In this document: one piece after another, positions 1 through 9,636 of the stretch | Position numbering within the stretch: the stretch's first letter is position 1 | How the letters are laid out: every line of letters starts with the position of its first letter | The notes under the pieces: model-generated | Seen by the model: only the letters and a program-made list of their open reading frames with translations | Databases searched by the model: none | What the model was told of the DNA's origin: nothing | Program-made: the position numbers and the translations under genes | Assembly (NCBI GenBank): GCA_003154195.1 | Contig: PMCS01000008.1 | Coordinates: 79,366 to 143,365 of the forward strand | Source of the DNA: Candidatus Omnitrophota bacterium | Lineage (GTDB): Bacteria > Omnitrophota > Gorgyraeia > Duberdicusellales > 4484-171 | Direction: 5' to 3' | DNA length: 64,000 nt

Positions 1-498
1 CTTCAAGATAAGCGAAAACTTACTATTTTCAGGGCAATCACCCTTAAAATAGCCTAAGCATACCAAATAGCCGAAGGGCGTTAATATATCATACTCCTCC
101 AAAGCTTGCAAGGTTTTTTTCAACATTCCCTTACAATATGGCGGGTCGATAAATATTAAATCAAAACATTTTTTATGCTCGAAAAAGTCCTTGATCGCCT
201 TAATGCCGTCCTTTAAATAAACCTTAGTCTGCTGTTCAATCTTAAAAATACCGGCGGTCTTTTTGATATTTTCTATGCACTCGTTATCCCCCTCGACAAA
301 AACTGCCTCTTTAGCGCCGCAAGAAATAGCTTCCAGCCCCAAGCTTCCGCTGCCGGCAAAAAGATCCAACACGGAACTTCCCGCAACTTCTTTGCTTAAA
401 ATATCGAAACAAGCCTTACGAACAATGTTTAAAGCCGGACGCGTATTCTTCGCGCAAATAAAGTTTCTTCCTTTATATATACCCTGAATAATTTTCAT
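1..498 (-). CDS. rsmD: 16S rRNA (guanine966-N2)-methyltransferase RsmD, partial (C-terminus runs off window start)
   Basis: Reverse translation from ATG at 498 gives MKIIQGIYKGRNF...LDLFAGSGSLGLEA...LIFIDPPY, with SAM-binding and DPPY motifs typical of RsmD. It is truncated at the window edge, so it is absent from the ORF track. Confidence 0.75.
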   Translation of the reverse strand, partial: MKIIQGIYKGRNFICAKNTRPALNIVRKACFDILSKEVAGSSVLDLFAGSGSLGLEAISCGAKEAVFVEGDNECIENIKKTAGIFKIEQQTKVYLKDGIKAIKDFFEHKKCFDLIFIDPPYCKGMLKKTLQALEEYDILTPFGYLVCLGYFKGDCPENSKFSLILK

Positions 499-527
499 AT
501 TAGAATCTTGACAAGGGGATAAATTTT

Positions 528-929
528 ATGTACGATAAAGATAACCTTATGTCTATACACCCCAATCCAGAATTTCACGTTGACTCCGCCAACCAAACAA
601 TTTTTCGTAATGCTTCTTTGCAAAAAATCCGTACCTTACGTTTGTTCTTCGTTTACGGGAATATAATTTTTATTATCGCCATGGCCTATGGAGCGTTGGG
701 AAAAATAACGTTTTTTATATCTCTACTCACATTTTTTTTATTATTTTTTTTAGCAACCGTCGCGGTAGCTTTCTGGCCTATGCCCAATATTTATTGTTCC
801 CAATGCAAAAAATCAATGCAAAACAAAAATGTTTTCGCTAAAGGAAAACTTGAACCGTTTTTGCTTTGTAGCGAATGCAAATTATACCTCGATCTTTCCG
901 ATATCAGCGAAAAACAAACCGCCCCTTAA
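528..929 (+). CDS. small membrane protein with C-terminal CxxC...CxxC zinc-ribbon
   Basis: 133-aa ORF with two hydrophobic helices followed by CSQCKK...CSECKLY. It is the only convincing plus-strand gene in this region. A GC hairpin (ggccggc-acagag-gccggcc) lies at about 1010-1035 downstream. Confidence 0.45.
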   Translation: MYDKDNLMSIHPNPEFHVDSANQTIFRNASLQKIRTLRLFFVYGNIIFIIAMAYGALGKITFFISLLTFFLLFFLATVAVAFWPMPNIYCSQCKKSMQNKNVFAKGKLEPFLLCSECKLYLDLSDISEKQTAP

Positions 930-1071
930 AATATTGTAGGGGCGGCCCCCCGTGTCCGTCCGCTATGATTTATTTAACGATAACCGGATAATTTATTATT
1001 TTGTAACAGGCCGGCACAGAGGCCGGCCCCTATAATATTTATTTCCAAAACGCGCGAAGGCATTTTTCCGA

Positions 1072-3153
1072 TTAAGCATTGCTATCGTCTTTTTCCAATA
1101 ATTCCCAGGCAAGATGTTCCCGAATGCAGCGATTTTGCGCTTTTTCCAACTGGGGATCATTCTTAATCACATCATAAGCAAATTTACGCGCCTGATGCAA
1201 GACTTCCATATCGCGCAGCGGATTAGCGAGCTTTAATTCCGGCAGGCCATGCTGCAACGAACCAAAAAAGTCGCCCGGCCCACGCATCAGCAGATCCTCT
1301 TCGGCAATCTTAAATCCATCATTGGTTGCCTCAATAATTCCAATCCTTCGCCGCGCTTCTTCCGATAGTTTATCGGAACTAATGAGAACAAAATAAGGCT
1401 GAAGCTCCGAACGCTGGACCCTACCCCGTAATTGGTGAAGCTGCGCCAGGCCGAACTTCTCCGGATTCTCCACAAGCATTACGGTAGCGTTTTCGATATT
1501 CACCCCCACCTCGACTACCGTGGTACAAACTAAAATATCTATTGTTTTATTCCGGAATTTTTCGATAATTTCTATCTTTTCTTCATGCTTCATCGCCCCA
1601 TAGAATTTTGCCGCTTTGAATCCGTTGAATTCCCGGGAAATCTTCTTATACATTAATTCGACCGATTTATAATCATCGTCCTCGCTCTCTTCAATCAACG
1701 GATAAATAATATAAACCTGCCTACCCTCAACCAATCGTTCACGTAAAAATTTATAAATTTCCTTACGTTTGCCCTCTTTTACCGAAATGGTCTTAGGCGG
1801 TATCCGATTTTTCGGTAATTCTTTTATAACGCTCAAATCAAGGTCGCCGTAAATCGAAAGCGCCAGAGAACGCGGGATCGGCGTTGCGCTCATTACCAGG
1901 CAATGAGGGCTTATTTTCCCCTTTTTCGGCAAAAGCGCTCTTTGCGCCACGCCAAATTTATGCTGCTCATCGATAACCGCTAATCCTAAATCCTTAAATT
2001 CGACCTCCTCCTGAATTAAAGCGTGCGTGCCGATGATTATATCGGTTTCGCCGTTTTTTAACTTTTCCCTGGCTGCCTCGGATTGTTTTTTAGACAACCC
2101 CGAAAGCAAAATATCGATTTTAAACCCGAAACCGGAGAATAATTTTTCCAGGGTCCGATGATGCTGATAAGCGAGGACCTCTGTCGGCGCCATTAATGCC
2201 GCCTGCCTCTTATTATCGGCGCAAATCCCAATCGCGAACGCCGCGACCACGGTCTTGCCGCAGCCGACATCGCCCTGCAGCAGACGATGCATCGGATAGC
2301 CCTTGGCTAAATCCGCGAAAATATCGGACAAAACATTTTCCTGTGACGCAGTTAAAACAAACGCCAGCTTGCTTTTAATTCGTTTTACCAATTCATCGCT
2401 TATCTTAAAAACCGGCCCCAGCTGCCGGCTCCGGCGGGCTTTGCGTAAATACACTAAAACCTGAGAAAAAAATAACTCTTCAAAAATAAATCTTTCCCGC
2501 GCGGTTTGCGCCTCATCCCAGGAAACCGGGAAATGAATCTCCTCTAACCCTTTGGCGATATTAGGAATACCCTTTTCTTTTCTTATATCGAACGGCAGGG
2601 GGTCTTTTAATTGAACCTTGAATTCGGCAAGAGAAGAAAAAATTGTTTTACGCAAGAATTTCTGGGTAAACGACGGGCAAAGGCGATAGACCGGAACAAT
2701 CCGGTTTAAATTTAAAGAATCGTCGCCATCCCGGGTCGCCAACTCGAATTCCGGCGAAACAAATTGCAGGGCGCTTCCCTTAACGGCCGGCTTTCCGTAA
2801 ATAATAATTTCATCGTTTACTTTTATTTTATCGGCCAACCAACCCTGATTAAACCAAACGCAATTAATTTTACCGGTATCATCGGCCAGAACAACTTCAA
2901 AAATATCCCGTACATGCGTTTTGGCACGCATAAAATACGGTATTTGCTTAAACCGGCGCGCGGCGACTCTGGCTTTGAGAAGCGCGGTTTCTTTTTCTTT
3001 AAGCTCTTTGATCTTTTTAAGGTTTCGCCGGTCTTCGTAACGAAAAGGGAAATAATAGAAGAGATCTTTTATATTACGCACGCCGAGCCTGGCGAACACT
3101 TCGGCTTTCTTGGGGCCGATACCTTTAAGATAGCGCAATTCTGTGGGGAGCAT
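1072..3153 (-). CDS. recG: ATP-dependent DNA helicase RecG
   Basis: 693 aa. N-terminus MLPTELRYLKGIGPKKAEVFARLG...FYYFPFRYEDR. DEQH helicase core (VIDEQHKFGVAQR) and the C-terminal region are typical of RecG. Confidence 0.9.
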   Translation of the reverse strand: MLPTELRYLKGIGPKKAEVFARLGVRNIKDLFYYFPFRYEDRRNLKKIKELKEKETALLKARVAARRFKQIPYFMRAKTHVRDIFEVVLADDTGKINCVWFNQGWLADKIKVNDEIIIYGKPAVKGSALQFVSPEFELATRDGDDSLNLNRIVPVYRLCPSFTQKFLRKTIFSSLAEFKVQLKDPLPFDIRKEKGIPNIAKGLEEIHFPVSWDEAQTARERFIFEELFFSQVLVYLRKARRSRQLGPVFKISDELVKRIKSKLAFVLTASQENVLSDIFADLAKGYPMHRLLQGDVGCGKTVVAAFAIGICADNKRQAALMAPTEVLAYQHHRTLEKLFSGFGFKIDILLSGLSKKQSEAAREKLKNGETDIIIGTHALIQEEVEFKDLGLAVIDEQHKFGVAQRALLPKKGKISPHCLVMSATPIPRSLALSIYGDLDLSVIKELPKNRIPPKTISVKEGKRKEIYKFLRERLVEGRQVYIIYPLIEESEDDDYKSVELMYKKISREFNGFKAAKFYGAMKHEEKIEIIEKFRNKTIDILVCTTVVEVGVNIENATVMLVENPEKFGLAQLHQLRGRVQRSELQPYFVLISSDKLSEEARRRIGIIEATNDGFKIAEEDLLMRGPGDFFGSLQHGLPELKLANPLRDMEVLHQARKFAYDVIKNDPQLEKAQNRCIREHLAWELLEKDDSNA

Positions 3154-3169
3154 GCTTAAATTAAAAAAC

Positions 3170-3310
3170 GGTTAGGGCAATGGTAACGATGCCAGTATGG
3201 GTTATGGCTATGGTTAGGGCTGTAAATTTGTACCAGCCTTAACCCTTGCCTTTGCCCAAACCGGCCTCCTTACCTTAGCCTTAGCCTAATAAGTAACCTT
3301 AGCCTTACCC
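3170..3310. repeat. GGTTAGGG...CCCTAACC palindromic intergenic element, copy A
   Basis: Left arm ggttagggcaatggtaacg and right arm ccttaacccttgcctttgcccaaaccggcctccttaccttagcc. The core TTGCCTTTRCCCAAACCGGC is shared with the copies at 8945, 25551 and 63573. Confidence 0.7.
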
Positions 3311-3334
3311 AAAAAGAAATTTTATGCCCTTTAA

Positions 3335-4111
3335 TTATCCGGTGTCTCTTTCAGAATCACAAATAAATAATCGCTTGAAATACTCTTCAATGACGCTTTT
3401 ATGGTCGAACGCCATCTCCGGCGGTAAATTATCGGGCGTAAAAATACCCGCCCCTTTAGCGTCGGAAGCGGCTTTTAAAATTCCTTTGCCTTTGCCGTAA
3501 AAAACAATAGTAACCGTATGAAATCGCGGGTCCCGTTCGGGCCGGGAACAGACTTTAAAAAGTTTATAGCCGGTAAAGTCTAAACCGGTTTCTTCCTTCA
3601 CTTCGCGCCTGACGCCTTCCTCGGCGCTTTCGCCATAATCAAGAAAACCTCCCGGCATCGCCCAGCCGAAAGGAGGATTGGAACGCTCGATCAAAACCAC
3701 GCCGTTATTGTATTCGATGATTCCATCGACAGTGACAAACGGCCCCTGGCAAAGTACGTTAACCAGATGGCCGAGATAACCGGTTAAAATTTTTTTAAAA
3801 AAAGAGACGTCCTTTTCATTATTTAAAGTAAAAATAATTTCTTTTATCGCAGGGTTTTTTGTTTCCCGCGAATAGCGCCAGGCTTCCTGCGCCATAATCC
3901 GGCTGCTCCAGGCAACAGGAAAATCCTTGCTGTGGGGCGCGGGAACTAGAATCCGCCGTTTTCGTTGTTTCTGCCCGGCCAAGAGAATACCGCGCGTCCA
4001 CAATCTTAATGAATTTTCGTCTAAATTCGTGCCGCCGTCAAAAATCTTCTTACCTTTGGCCGATTCAACAACCGATATTTTTATCCCACGAATAATCATA
4101 ACGCACACCAA
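3335..4111 (-). CDS. NUDIX hydrolase with N-terminal extension
   Basis: Perfect Nudix box GFLDYGESAEEGVRREVKEETGL (GX5EX7REUXEEXGU). The true start may be an internal Met. Confidence 0.7.
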   Translation of the reverse strand: MVCVMIIRGIKISVVESAKGKKIFDGGTNLDENSLRLWTRGILLAGQKQRKRRILVPAPHSKDFPVAWSSRIMAQEAWRYSRETKNPAIKEIIFTLNNEKDVSFFKKILTGYLGHLVNVLCQGPFVTVDGIIEYNNGVVLIERSNPPFGWAMPGGFLDYGESAEEGVRREVKEETGLDFTGYKLFKVCSRPERDPRFHTVTIVFYGKGKGILKAASDAKGAGIFTPDNLPPEMAFDHKSVIEEYFKRLFICDSERDTG

Positions 4112-4364
4112 ACCCCTTACTCTTTTTTAGCCACTATGGACTTATTATTTAGGTATCTCTGGATTATATCTATATATTTTTCGCGCATTTCAACCTAAAA
4201 TTATATTAATTTTTTTGTTTTTTGCTTGCCGTTATTTTTCTATATCAATTTTTATCCGTGACTATCCGTCCCCTTCGGGGAGGCTTCGCTTCGCTACGCA
4301 CTGTAAATCCGTGGCCAAAAAATATTTTTGATTCGACAATTTCGTATGTTTCATAGCAGACGGG

Positions 4365-5912
4365 TTATGCCCTCGCTCTTCTATCTTTTCGTCCCAGCGG
4401 CTGCTGCCGCAGACGTCCCACGTCCTTCGGTTTTTCTCTGACACTTTGACACTCTGACACTATTCTTTCGTCCCTCTTCCCTTGTCTCCTCACTAAGCTC
4501 TCCGCTATCCGGTAAGCATCCTGTTTGGTAGTAACCTTACCCAAAGCCTGCTCTTCCTTAATTTTAGTAAGAATTATACCAACCAACCTCGACGGCTTTA
4601 AACCAAATTTTTTCATTATATCATATCCGTCGATAATTTTAATAACGGGTTTTGTTTTTTTGGCATCGAAATAGCCTTGCGCCAGATCAAGCATAATCCG
4701 TTCATGCCTTTTCCTTTTTTTACTGTCGGTCTTTGGGCCACGCGTAGCGCGCCAATCGGAAAGAGAGAGCAAAATTACCGCTACGCCGTCTTCTCCCGTG
4801 TCGCGAAAAAAACGGTATACCGCCCGGAGCGTCGGTTTTTTCTGGTCCGCTAAAAATCCCGGCCGCATATGCCAGAAGATAAGTTTTTTTAAAATTTCCC
4901 TTTCCCGGGAAGAAAGCCTCAGGCGTTCGGCAACTTCTTCGGCCATTTCCCGGCCGATTTTTTCGTGGCCGTAAAAAATCGTCTTACCGTCTTTGTTCGC
5001 CTTAGCGGCGGGCTTACCGATATCATGCAAAAGACAGGCTAATTTTATAATCTGGGAAAGCTTGCGATTTTGCGCCGGTTCTTCGGCCAGATAATTTAGA
5101 AAATCGCCGCAGCGGTTGAATCGCCGGCGGTAAAGTAATTCAAACTGGCGTAACGCTTCCAGCGAATGGGCCAGGACATCAAGATGGTGATACCCCCCTT
5201 CCTGGGTAACCCCCCTGGCTTCGGCAATATGAGGGATGACTTCATCCAGAATAGAAAGCTTCTCCATTATTTTTATTGCCGAAAGCGAACAGGGAGCGGC
5301 AAATATTTTAAATAATTCCTCGCCGATTCTCTCTCCGGAAACATTTTCGATTAATTGCCTGGCGCGGGCCATTAATCCTAAAGTCCGTTTTTCGATACGG
5401 AAACCATAATTTACCATTATCGAAAAACCGCGCAAAATTCGCAAGGGATCGTCGCTAAAACTATTATCGGCGACAACCCTTATAGTCTTTCCCGCTAAAT
5501 CGCGGCAGGCATTAAATTCATCAATCAACACTGGTTTGACACTGGAAATATTTACCGCCAAAGTATTGATGGTAAAATCGCGCCGGATTAAATCCTGCGA
5601 AAAATCATCGCCGCGCATTAAAGTAAAATCATAAGATAAAATTTTGCCTTTCGTCTTTATTATTACTCGATAGCTGCCATGCGCTTTGTCCAAGGTTATA
5701 AACCGGGAACGTGTTTTTTGAGCAAATTCTTTTACAAAAGGCAGAATTCCATCATCGACGCAAAAATCGAAATCAAAAAATTCTTTATTTCTATTTAGGC
5801 ATACATCGCGCAAGAAGCCGCCGACCAGCCAGACATCAATATTTTTTTTACGGCTTATTTTAGAAATTAAAGAAAGGCGGGGGATGATTTTGAGAGCTTT
5901 GGTCAGATTCAT
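4365..5912 (-). CDS. cca: tRNA nucleotidyltransferase (CCA-adding enzyme) with HD domain
   Basis: Pol-beta-like head GGFLRDVCLNR...DFDF plus HD motif LLHDIGKP. The C-terminal tail is encoded by the GACACT direct repeats at 4440-4470. Confidence 0.8.
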   Translation of the reverse strand: MNLTKALKIIPRLSLISKISRKKNIDVWLVGGFLRDVCLNRNKEFFDFDFCVDDGILPFVKEFAQKTRSRFITLDKAHGSYRVIIKTKGKILSYDFTLMRGDDFSQDLIRRDFTINTLAVNISSVKPVLIDEFNACRDLAGKTIRVVADNSFSDDPLRILRGFSIMVNYGFRIEKRTLGLMARARQLIENVSGERIGEELFKIFAAPCSLSAIKIMEKLSILDEVIPHIAEARGVTQEGGYHHLDVLAHSLEALRQFELLYRRRFNRCGDFLNYLAEEPAQNRKLSQIIKLACLLHDIGKPAAKANKDGKTIFYGHEKIGREMAEEVAERLRLSSREREILKKLIFWHMRPGFLADQKKPTLRAVYRFFRDTGEDGVAVILLSLSDWRATRGPKTDSKKRKRHERIMLDLAQGYFDAKKTKPVIKIIDGYDIMKKFGLKPSRLVGIILTKIKEEQALGKVTTKQDAYRIAESLVRRQGKRDERIVSECQSVREKPKDVGRLRQQPLGRKDRRARA

Positions 5913-6329
5913 TTAAATCACAGGCGGATTGTTTTCCTCCGCTAATTTATCCAGCACTTTGTCGTCGACAAAAATCGGTGCTTTAGTTCTTACCGCCAAA
6001 GCGACGCCGTCGGAAGGGCGAGCATCGACGATTTTTAATTTTCCGGTATTATCTTTAAGATAAAGTTTAGCGTGAAACGTTCCTTCCAGAAGTTTATCGA
6101 TAACGATTTTTTCCAATCCCGCCCCCAGAGATTTAATAATCGCGCACGCTAAATCATGCGTCAGGGGGCGCGAAGACACAAAACCACCGATTTGCGTCCG
6201 TATCGCTACCGCTTCGTTGATCCCAATAATAACGGGAAAAATGCGGTCGCCGCCGCTTTCTTTTAAAACGATGACCTGTTCGCTTTTCGCTTCGTCGATA
6301 ACAATGCGGGATAATTCGAATTCAACCAT
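5913..6329 (-). CDS. bifunctional nuclease (BFN/DUF151) family protein
   Basis: 138 aa with GTFHAKLYL...DARPSDGVALAVR, typical of the DUF151 nuclease family. A hairpin module lies immediately upstream of the ATG and no Shine-Dalgarno sequence is visible. Confidence 0.55.
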   Translation of the reverse strand: MVEFELSRIVIDEAKSEQVIVLKESGGDRIFPVIIGINEAVAIRTQIGGFVSSRPLTHDLACAIIKSLGAGLEKIVIDKLLEGTFHAKLYLKDNTGKLKIVDARPSDGVALAVRTKAPIFVDDKVLDKLAEENNPPVI

Positions 6330-6331
6330 AA

Positions 6332-6458
6332 CCGGAAAAATGCGGCAAACGCATTTTTCCGGTCCTGCCCTGCCTATCGGCAGGAAAAAATGCCGTTTAC
6401 CTTTCTTCTCCTATCCGCGAAGCGGATGATAATTATTTTTTGCTTCGCAAAAAATAAT
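6332..6458. repeat. cluster of four hairpin repeat modules
   Basis: ccggaaaaatgcggcaaacgcatttttccgg (6332-6362); cctgcctatcggcagg (6368-6383); atccgcgaagcggat (6413-6427); aattattttttgcttcgcaaaaaataat (6431-6458). Each module recurs elsewhere in the window. Confidence 0.8.
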
Positions 6459-6460
6459 GT

Positions 6461-6922
6461 TTATTTTATTTTCTTGCTGAGGATTTCGCGCATTTCACGC
6501 ATGAACTGGTTAATATCTTTGAATTGGCGGTAAACCGAAGCAAAACGGACATAGGCGACGTCATCCAGCTTGGCTAGTTTCTCGACGACTATTTCCCCTA
6601 ACTGACGCGATTCTATTTCCTGTTCGAATTTCTTTTGGACATCCAGCTCGACCTCACTGACCATGCTTTCCATTTTTTCCATACTTACCGGGCGCTTTTC
6701 GCAAGCCTTTAGCAGGCCGTTTAAAATTTTCTGGCGGTTGAACGGCTCGCGCCGGCCATCTTTTTTTATTACCATCAAGGGAGTTTTTTCTATATACTCG
6801 TAAGTGGTAAAACGTTTACCGCAGTTGATACATTCACGGCGCCGACGCACCGCTGTGCTTTCCGCGGTTTCCCTTGAATCGATTACCTTATCTTCATTAT
6901 GGTTGCAAAAAGGGCATTTCAT
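6461..6922 (-). CDS. nrdR: transcriptional repressor NrdR
   Basis: [17 protein letters not shown]...[17 protein letters not shown] zinc ribbon plus ATP-cone. Confidence 0.9.
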   Translation of the reverse strand: MKCPFCNHNEDKVIDSRETAESTAVRRRRECINCGKRFTTYEYIEKTPLMVIKKDGRREPFNRQKILNGLLKACEKRPVSMEKMESMVSEVELDVQKKFEQEIESRQLGEIVVEKLAKLDDVAYVRFASVYRQFKDINQFMREMREILSKKIK

Positions 6923-7177
6923 TTAATCCCTCCCTTTAATGAGCAGATACTTTACAAATTTTTACCAAAATTTGTAAAGTATAGTACCGCTCCGGCGGGA
7001 CGTCTGCGAATTAAACCCCGCCCTTTTGGCGTCATCGATAAATCAAACTTTTCTTTATAATAACCGCTCTATAATTACAATAAACCGTTTTTTCATCTAA
7101 ACATCTCGCCAAAAGGGCGGGGTCAAATTCGACTACGTATTTTTGCTGCACTCATCGAGCCGGCAAAAATCCAAATC

Positions 7178-7639
7178 TCATTTGATTTTTATCTTCCGCA
7201 ATTTTACCTTCGCTTCTTTCAAAAAAGACGCCGCCATTTTATCGGGATAATCGCCGGCAACAATGACTTCTTTTATACCGACATTTACAATCATCTTTGC
7301 GCAGATGCTGCAAGGCGTATGAGTAATATACAAAATACTGTCTTTTGCCGATATTCCGTGCCGCGCCGCCTGCAAAAATACATTTTGTTCGGCATGCAGC
7401 CCGCGGCAAATCTCATGGCGCTCGCCGCTGGGCACATTAAGTTTCTGGCGAAGACAACCGACGATATCGCAATGCGTAATTCCCGCCGGCGCGCCATTAT
7501 ACCCGGTAGCAAGGACATGCCGGTCATTAACCAATACTGCGCCGACTTGCCGGCGCAAGCAGCTGGAACGCTCGCTCACCAGATACGCCACCTTCATGAA
7601 ATATTCGTCCCACTTAGGCCGGCTGGTATTTTTTGCCAT
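7178..7639 (-). CDS. dCMP / cytidine-deoxycytidylate deaminase (ComEB-like)
   Basis: Zinc-binding motifs HAEQNVFLQAARHG and PCSICAKMI. Confidence 0.85.
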   Translation of the reverse strand: MAKNTSRPKWDEYFMKVAYLVSERSSCLRRQVGAVLVNDRHVLATGYNGAPAGITHCDIVGCLRQKLNVPSGERHEICRGLHAEQNVFLQAARHGISAKDSILYITHTPCSICAKMIVNVGIKEVIVAGDYPDKMAASFLKEAKVKLRKIKIK

Positions 7640-7663
7640 GCGAAAATCCTTATTTTACGGTAA

Positions 7664-8911
7664 CTATTCTAAATTTTCGTATAAGGGAAATTTATTGGTT
7701 AATTCAATCACGCTCTTTTTAATTTTTCCCAATTCGTCAATATTATCTTTGTTGGATAACGCCGCATCAATAAAGCCGGCGATTTGAGCGATTTGTTCCT
7801 CTTTCATCCCGCGGGTAGTCATCGCGGGAGTGCCGATTCTTATGCCACTGGCCGTTGCCGGCGGCTGGGGGTCATAAGGAATCAGATTCTTATTAACCGT
7901 TATATTTACTTCATCCAGGATAACCGTCGCTTCCTTGCCGGTAATGTTTTTTGGCCTTAAATCCACCAGGAATAAATGGGTATCGGTACCGCCGCCGACA
8001 ATCCGATACCCTTTTCCTTCAAGACATTTGGCAAAATAAGCGGCATTAACCACGACCTGTTTTTGATATTGGACAAATTCCGGCCTTAACGCCTGGCCGA
8101 AGGCCACAGCTTTTGCCGCGATAATATGCATCAATGGCCCGCCCTGTATGCCGGGGAAAACCGCCGTATCGATTTTTTTAGCGAATTCTTTACGGCAAAG
8201 GATAAACCCGGCGCGGGGACCCCTTAAAGTCTTATGCGTAGTGGACGTAACAAACTCGGCATATTCGCAAGGATTAGGATGAATTTTGGCGGCAACTAAA
8301 CCGGCAAAATGGGCCATATCTACCAATAAGTACGCGCCGACCTTATCGGCAATCTGACGAAATTTCTTAAAATCGATGACCCGCGGATAAGCACTTGCCC
8401 CAGCGATGATCATCTTAGGTTTATGCTGTAAAGCTAAAGACTCGATTTCACCGTAATCGAGGCGTTCGGTATCTCGATTCACGCCGTAAGCGACAATATT
8501 ATAAAATTTGCCGCTAAAATTCAGCTTATGGCCGTGCGAAAGATGTCCGCCGCACGCTAAATCCATGGCCAGGATTGTATCTTTCGGCTCTAAAACCGCC
8601 AGCATCACCGCCATATTCGCCTGTGTTCCCGAATGGGGCTGGACATTGGCATGTTCGGCGCCAAAAAGAGCTTTTACCCGGTCGCGGGCCAGGTCTTCAA
8701 CCTCATCGACAAAACGGCAACCGCCATACCAACGAGCCCGGGGATATCCTTCGGCATATTTGTTGGTAAGGACTGAACCCTGCGCTTCGAGGACCGCCGG
8801 AGAAGTAAAATTTTCGCTGGCAATCAATTCAATATGCTCGCGCTGGCGCGTAAGTTCTCTCTGGATACTCGCGAATATTTCCGGATCGGCGTTTCTTAAA
8901 ATATCAGACAT
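7664..8911 (-). CDS. glyA: serine hydroxymethyltransferase
   Basis: 415 aa with [29 protein letters not shown] and the PLP-lysine region [12 protein letters not shown]. Confidence 0.95.
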   Translation of the reverse strand: MSDILRNADPEIFASIQRELTRQREHIELIASENFTSPAVLEAQGSVLTNKYAEGYPRARWYGGCRFVDEVEDLARDRVKALFGAEHANVQPHSGTQANMAVMLAVLEPKDTILAMDLACGGHLSHGHKLNFSGKFYNIVAYGVNRDTERLDYGEIESLALQHKPKMIIAGASAYPRVIDFKKFRQIADKVGAYLLVDMAHFAGLVAAKIHPNPCEYAEFVTSTTHKTLRGPRAGFILCRKEFAKKIDTAVFPGIQGGPLMHIIAAKAVAFGQALRPEFVQYQKQVVVNAAYFAKCLEGKGYRIVGGGTDTHLFLVDLRPKNITGKEATVILDEVNITVNKNLIPYDPQPPATASGIRIGTPAMTTRGMKEEQIAQIAGFIDAALSNKDNIDELGKIKKSVIELTNKFPLYENLE

Positions 8912-8944
8912 GTTTTACCTCTTGTTAAATTAAAAAAGACATTT

Positions 8945-9110
8945 CAATTCTTACCGGCACCCTGGCCATTGCCTTTACCCAAACCGGCTTTCCGCCTTCG
9001 CTAAAGTTAGCCTGATAGGCAAAACCTATCCATATTTGATGGCTGGCTTCGGCGAGACTTCTCCAAAGCTCGAAGAGCGAAGGAGAGCCTAACCCTGGCC
9101 CTAACCCATT
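8945..9110. repeat. GGTTAGGG/CCCTAACC-family element, copy B (inverted relative to copy D)
   Basis: ccctggccattgcctttacccaaaccggc matches the family core. ggcttcggcgagacttctccaaagctcgaagagcgaagg is the reverse complement of the module at 63593-63633. Ends gcctaaccctggccctaaccc and abuts the rpiB stop. Confidence 0.7.
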
Positions 9111-9559
9111 CGGATGCTCTCCCTCTCCTCTATTTCCGCTATCTTTTTTAATCTACGCTGGTGCCTCCCACCTTCAAATCCCGTCTTCAGCCAGGCCAAA
9201 ATAACTTTTTTGAGATAATCACCCTTTAGAAAGCCGGCCGGTAAAACCAAAACGTTGCTGTCATTATGCTGCCGGGTAAGCTTGGCGGTTTTTAAATTGA
9301 AAACGAGAGCGGCGCGCGCCCCCCGGACTTTATTGGCGGCGATGCAACTTCCAATACCAGTATAGCAGATGACAATCGCTCTATCCACTTTTTTCTCGCG
9401 TACCGCCAGGCATGCCGGATAAATATAATCAGGATAATCGCAGGGGTCGTCCGAATGAGTGCCGAAATCAATAACCTCATACCCCTTATCCTTTAAAAAA
9501 TCCGTAAGGATATTTTTAAGTTTAAACCCGCGATGATCGCCGGCGATAGCTATTTTCAT
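9101..9559 (-). CDS. rpiB: ribose-5-phosphate isomerase B
   Basis: MKIAIAGDHRGFKLK...CYTGIGSCIAANKVRGARAAL. The start is refined to the ATG at 9559; the ORF track extends 16 codons further upstream. Confidence 0.9.
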   Translation of the reverse strand: MKIAIAGDHRGFKLKNILTDFLKDKGYEVIDFGTHSDDPCDYPDYIYPACLAVREKKVDRAIVICYTGIGSCIAANKVRGARAALVFNLKTAKLTRQHNDSNVLVLPAGFLKGDYLKKVILAWLKTGFEGGRHQRRLKKIAEIEERESIRMG

Positions 9560-9636
9560 TGTTTTATATACACAGATAATCACTGATGAGACGATGCAGA
9601 TGATCACAGATAAATATCAGCGATAATTAGCGTTCT

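Noticed and set aside
2764-3159. Plus-strand 131-aa ORF inside recG. The same pattern applies to many other antisense ORFs in the track, for example 7291-7527, 8508-8933, 13520-13990, 21020-21304, 23634-24098, 30278-30829, 38266-38544, 41280-41579 and 49388-49606.
   Set aside because: Each lies entirely inside a long, well-supported gene on the opposite strand. The translations are low-complexity or Arg/Ser-rich, typical of antisense frames.
3170-3310. tRNA or other small RNA gene in the GGTTAGGG-family elements
   Set aside because: No T-loop (GGTTCGAAT-like) or anticodon-arm architecture was found. The arms are simple inverted repeats and the element is multi-copy with variable inserts. This is more consistent with a REP/MITE-like repeat than an RNA gene.
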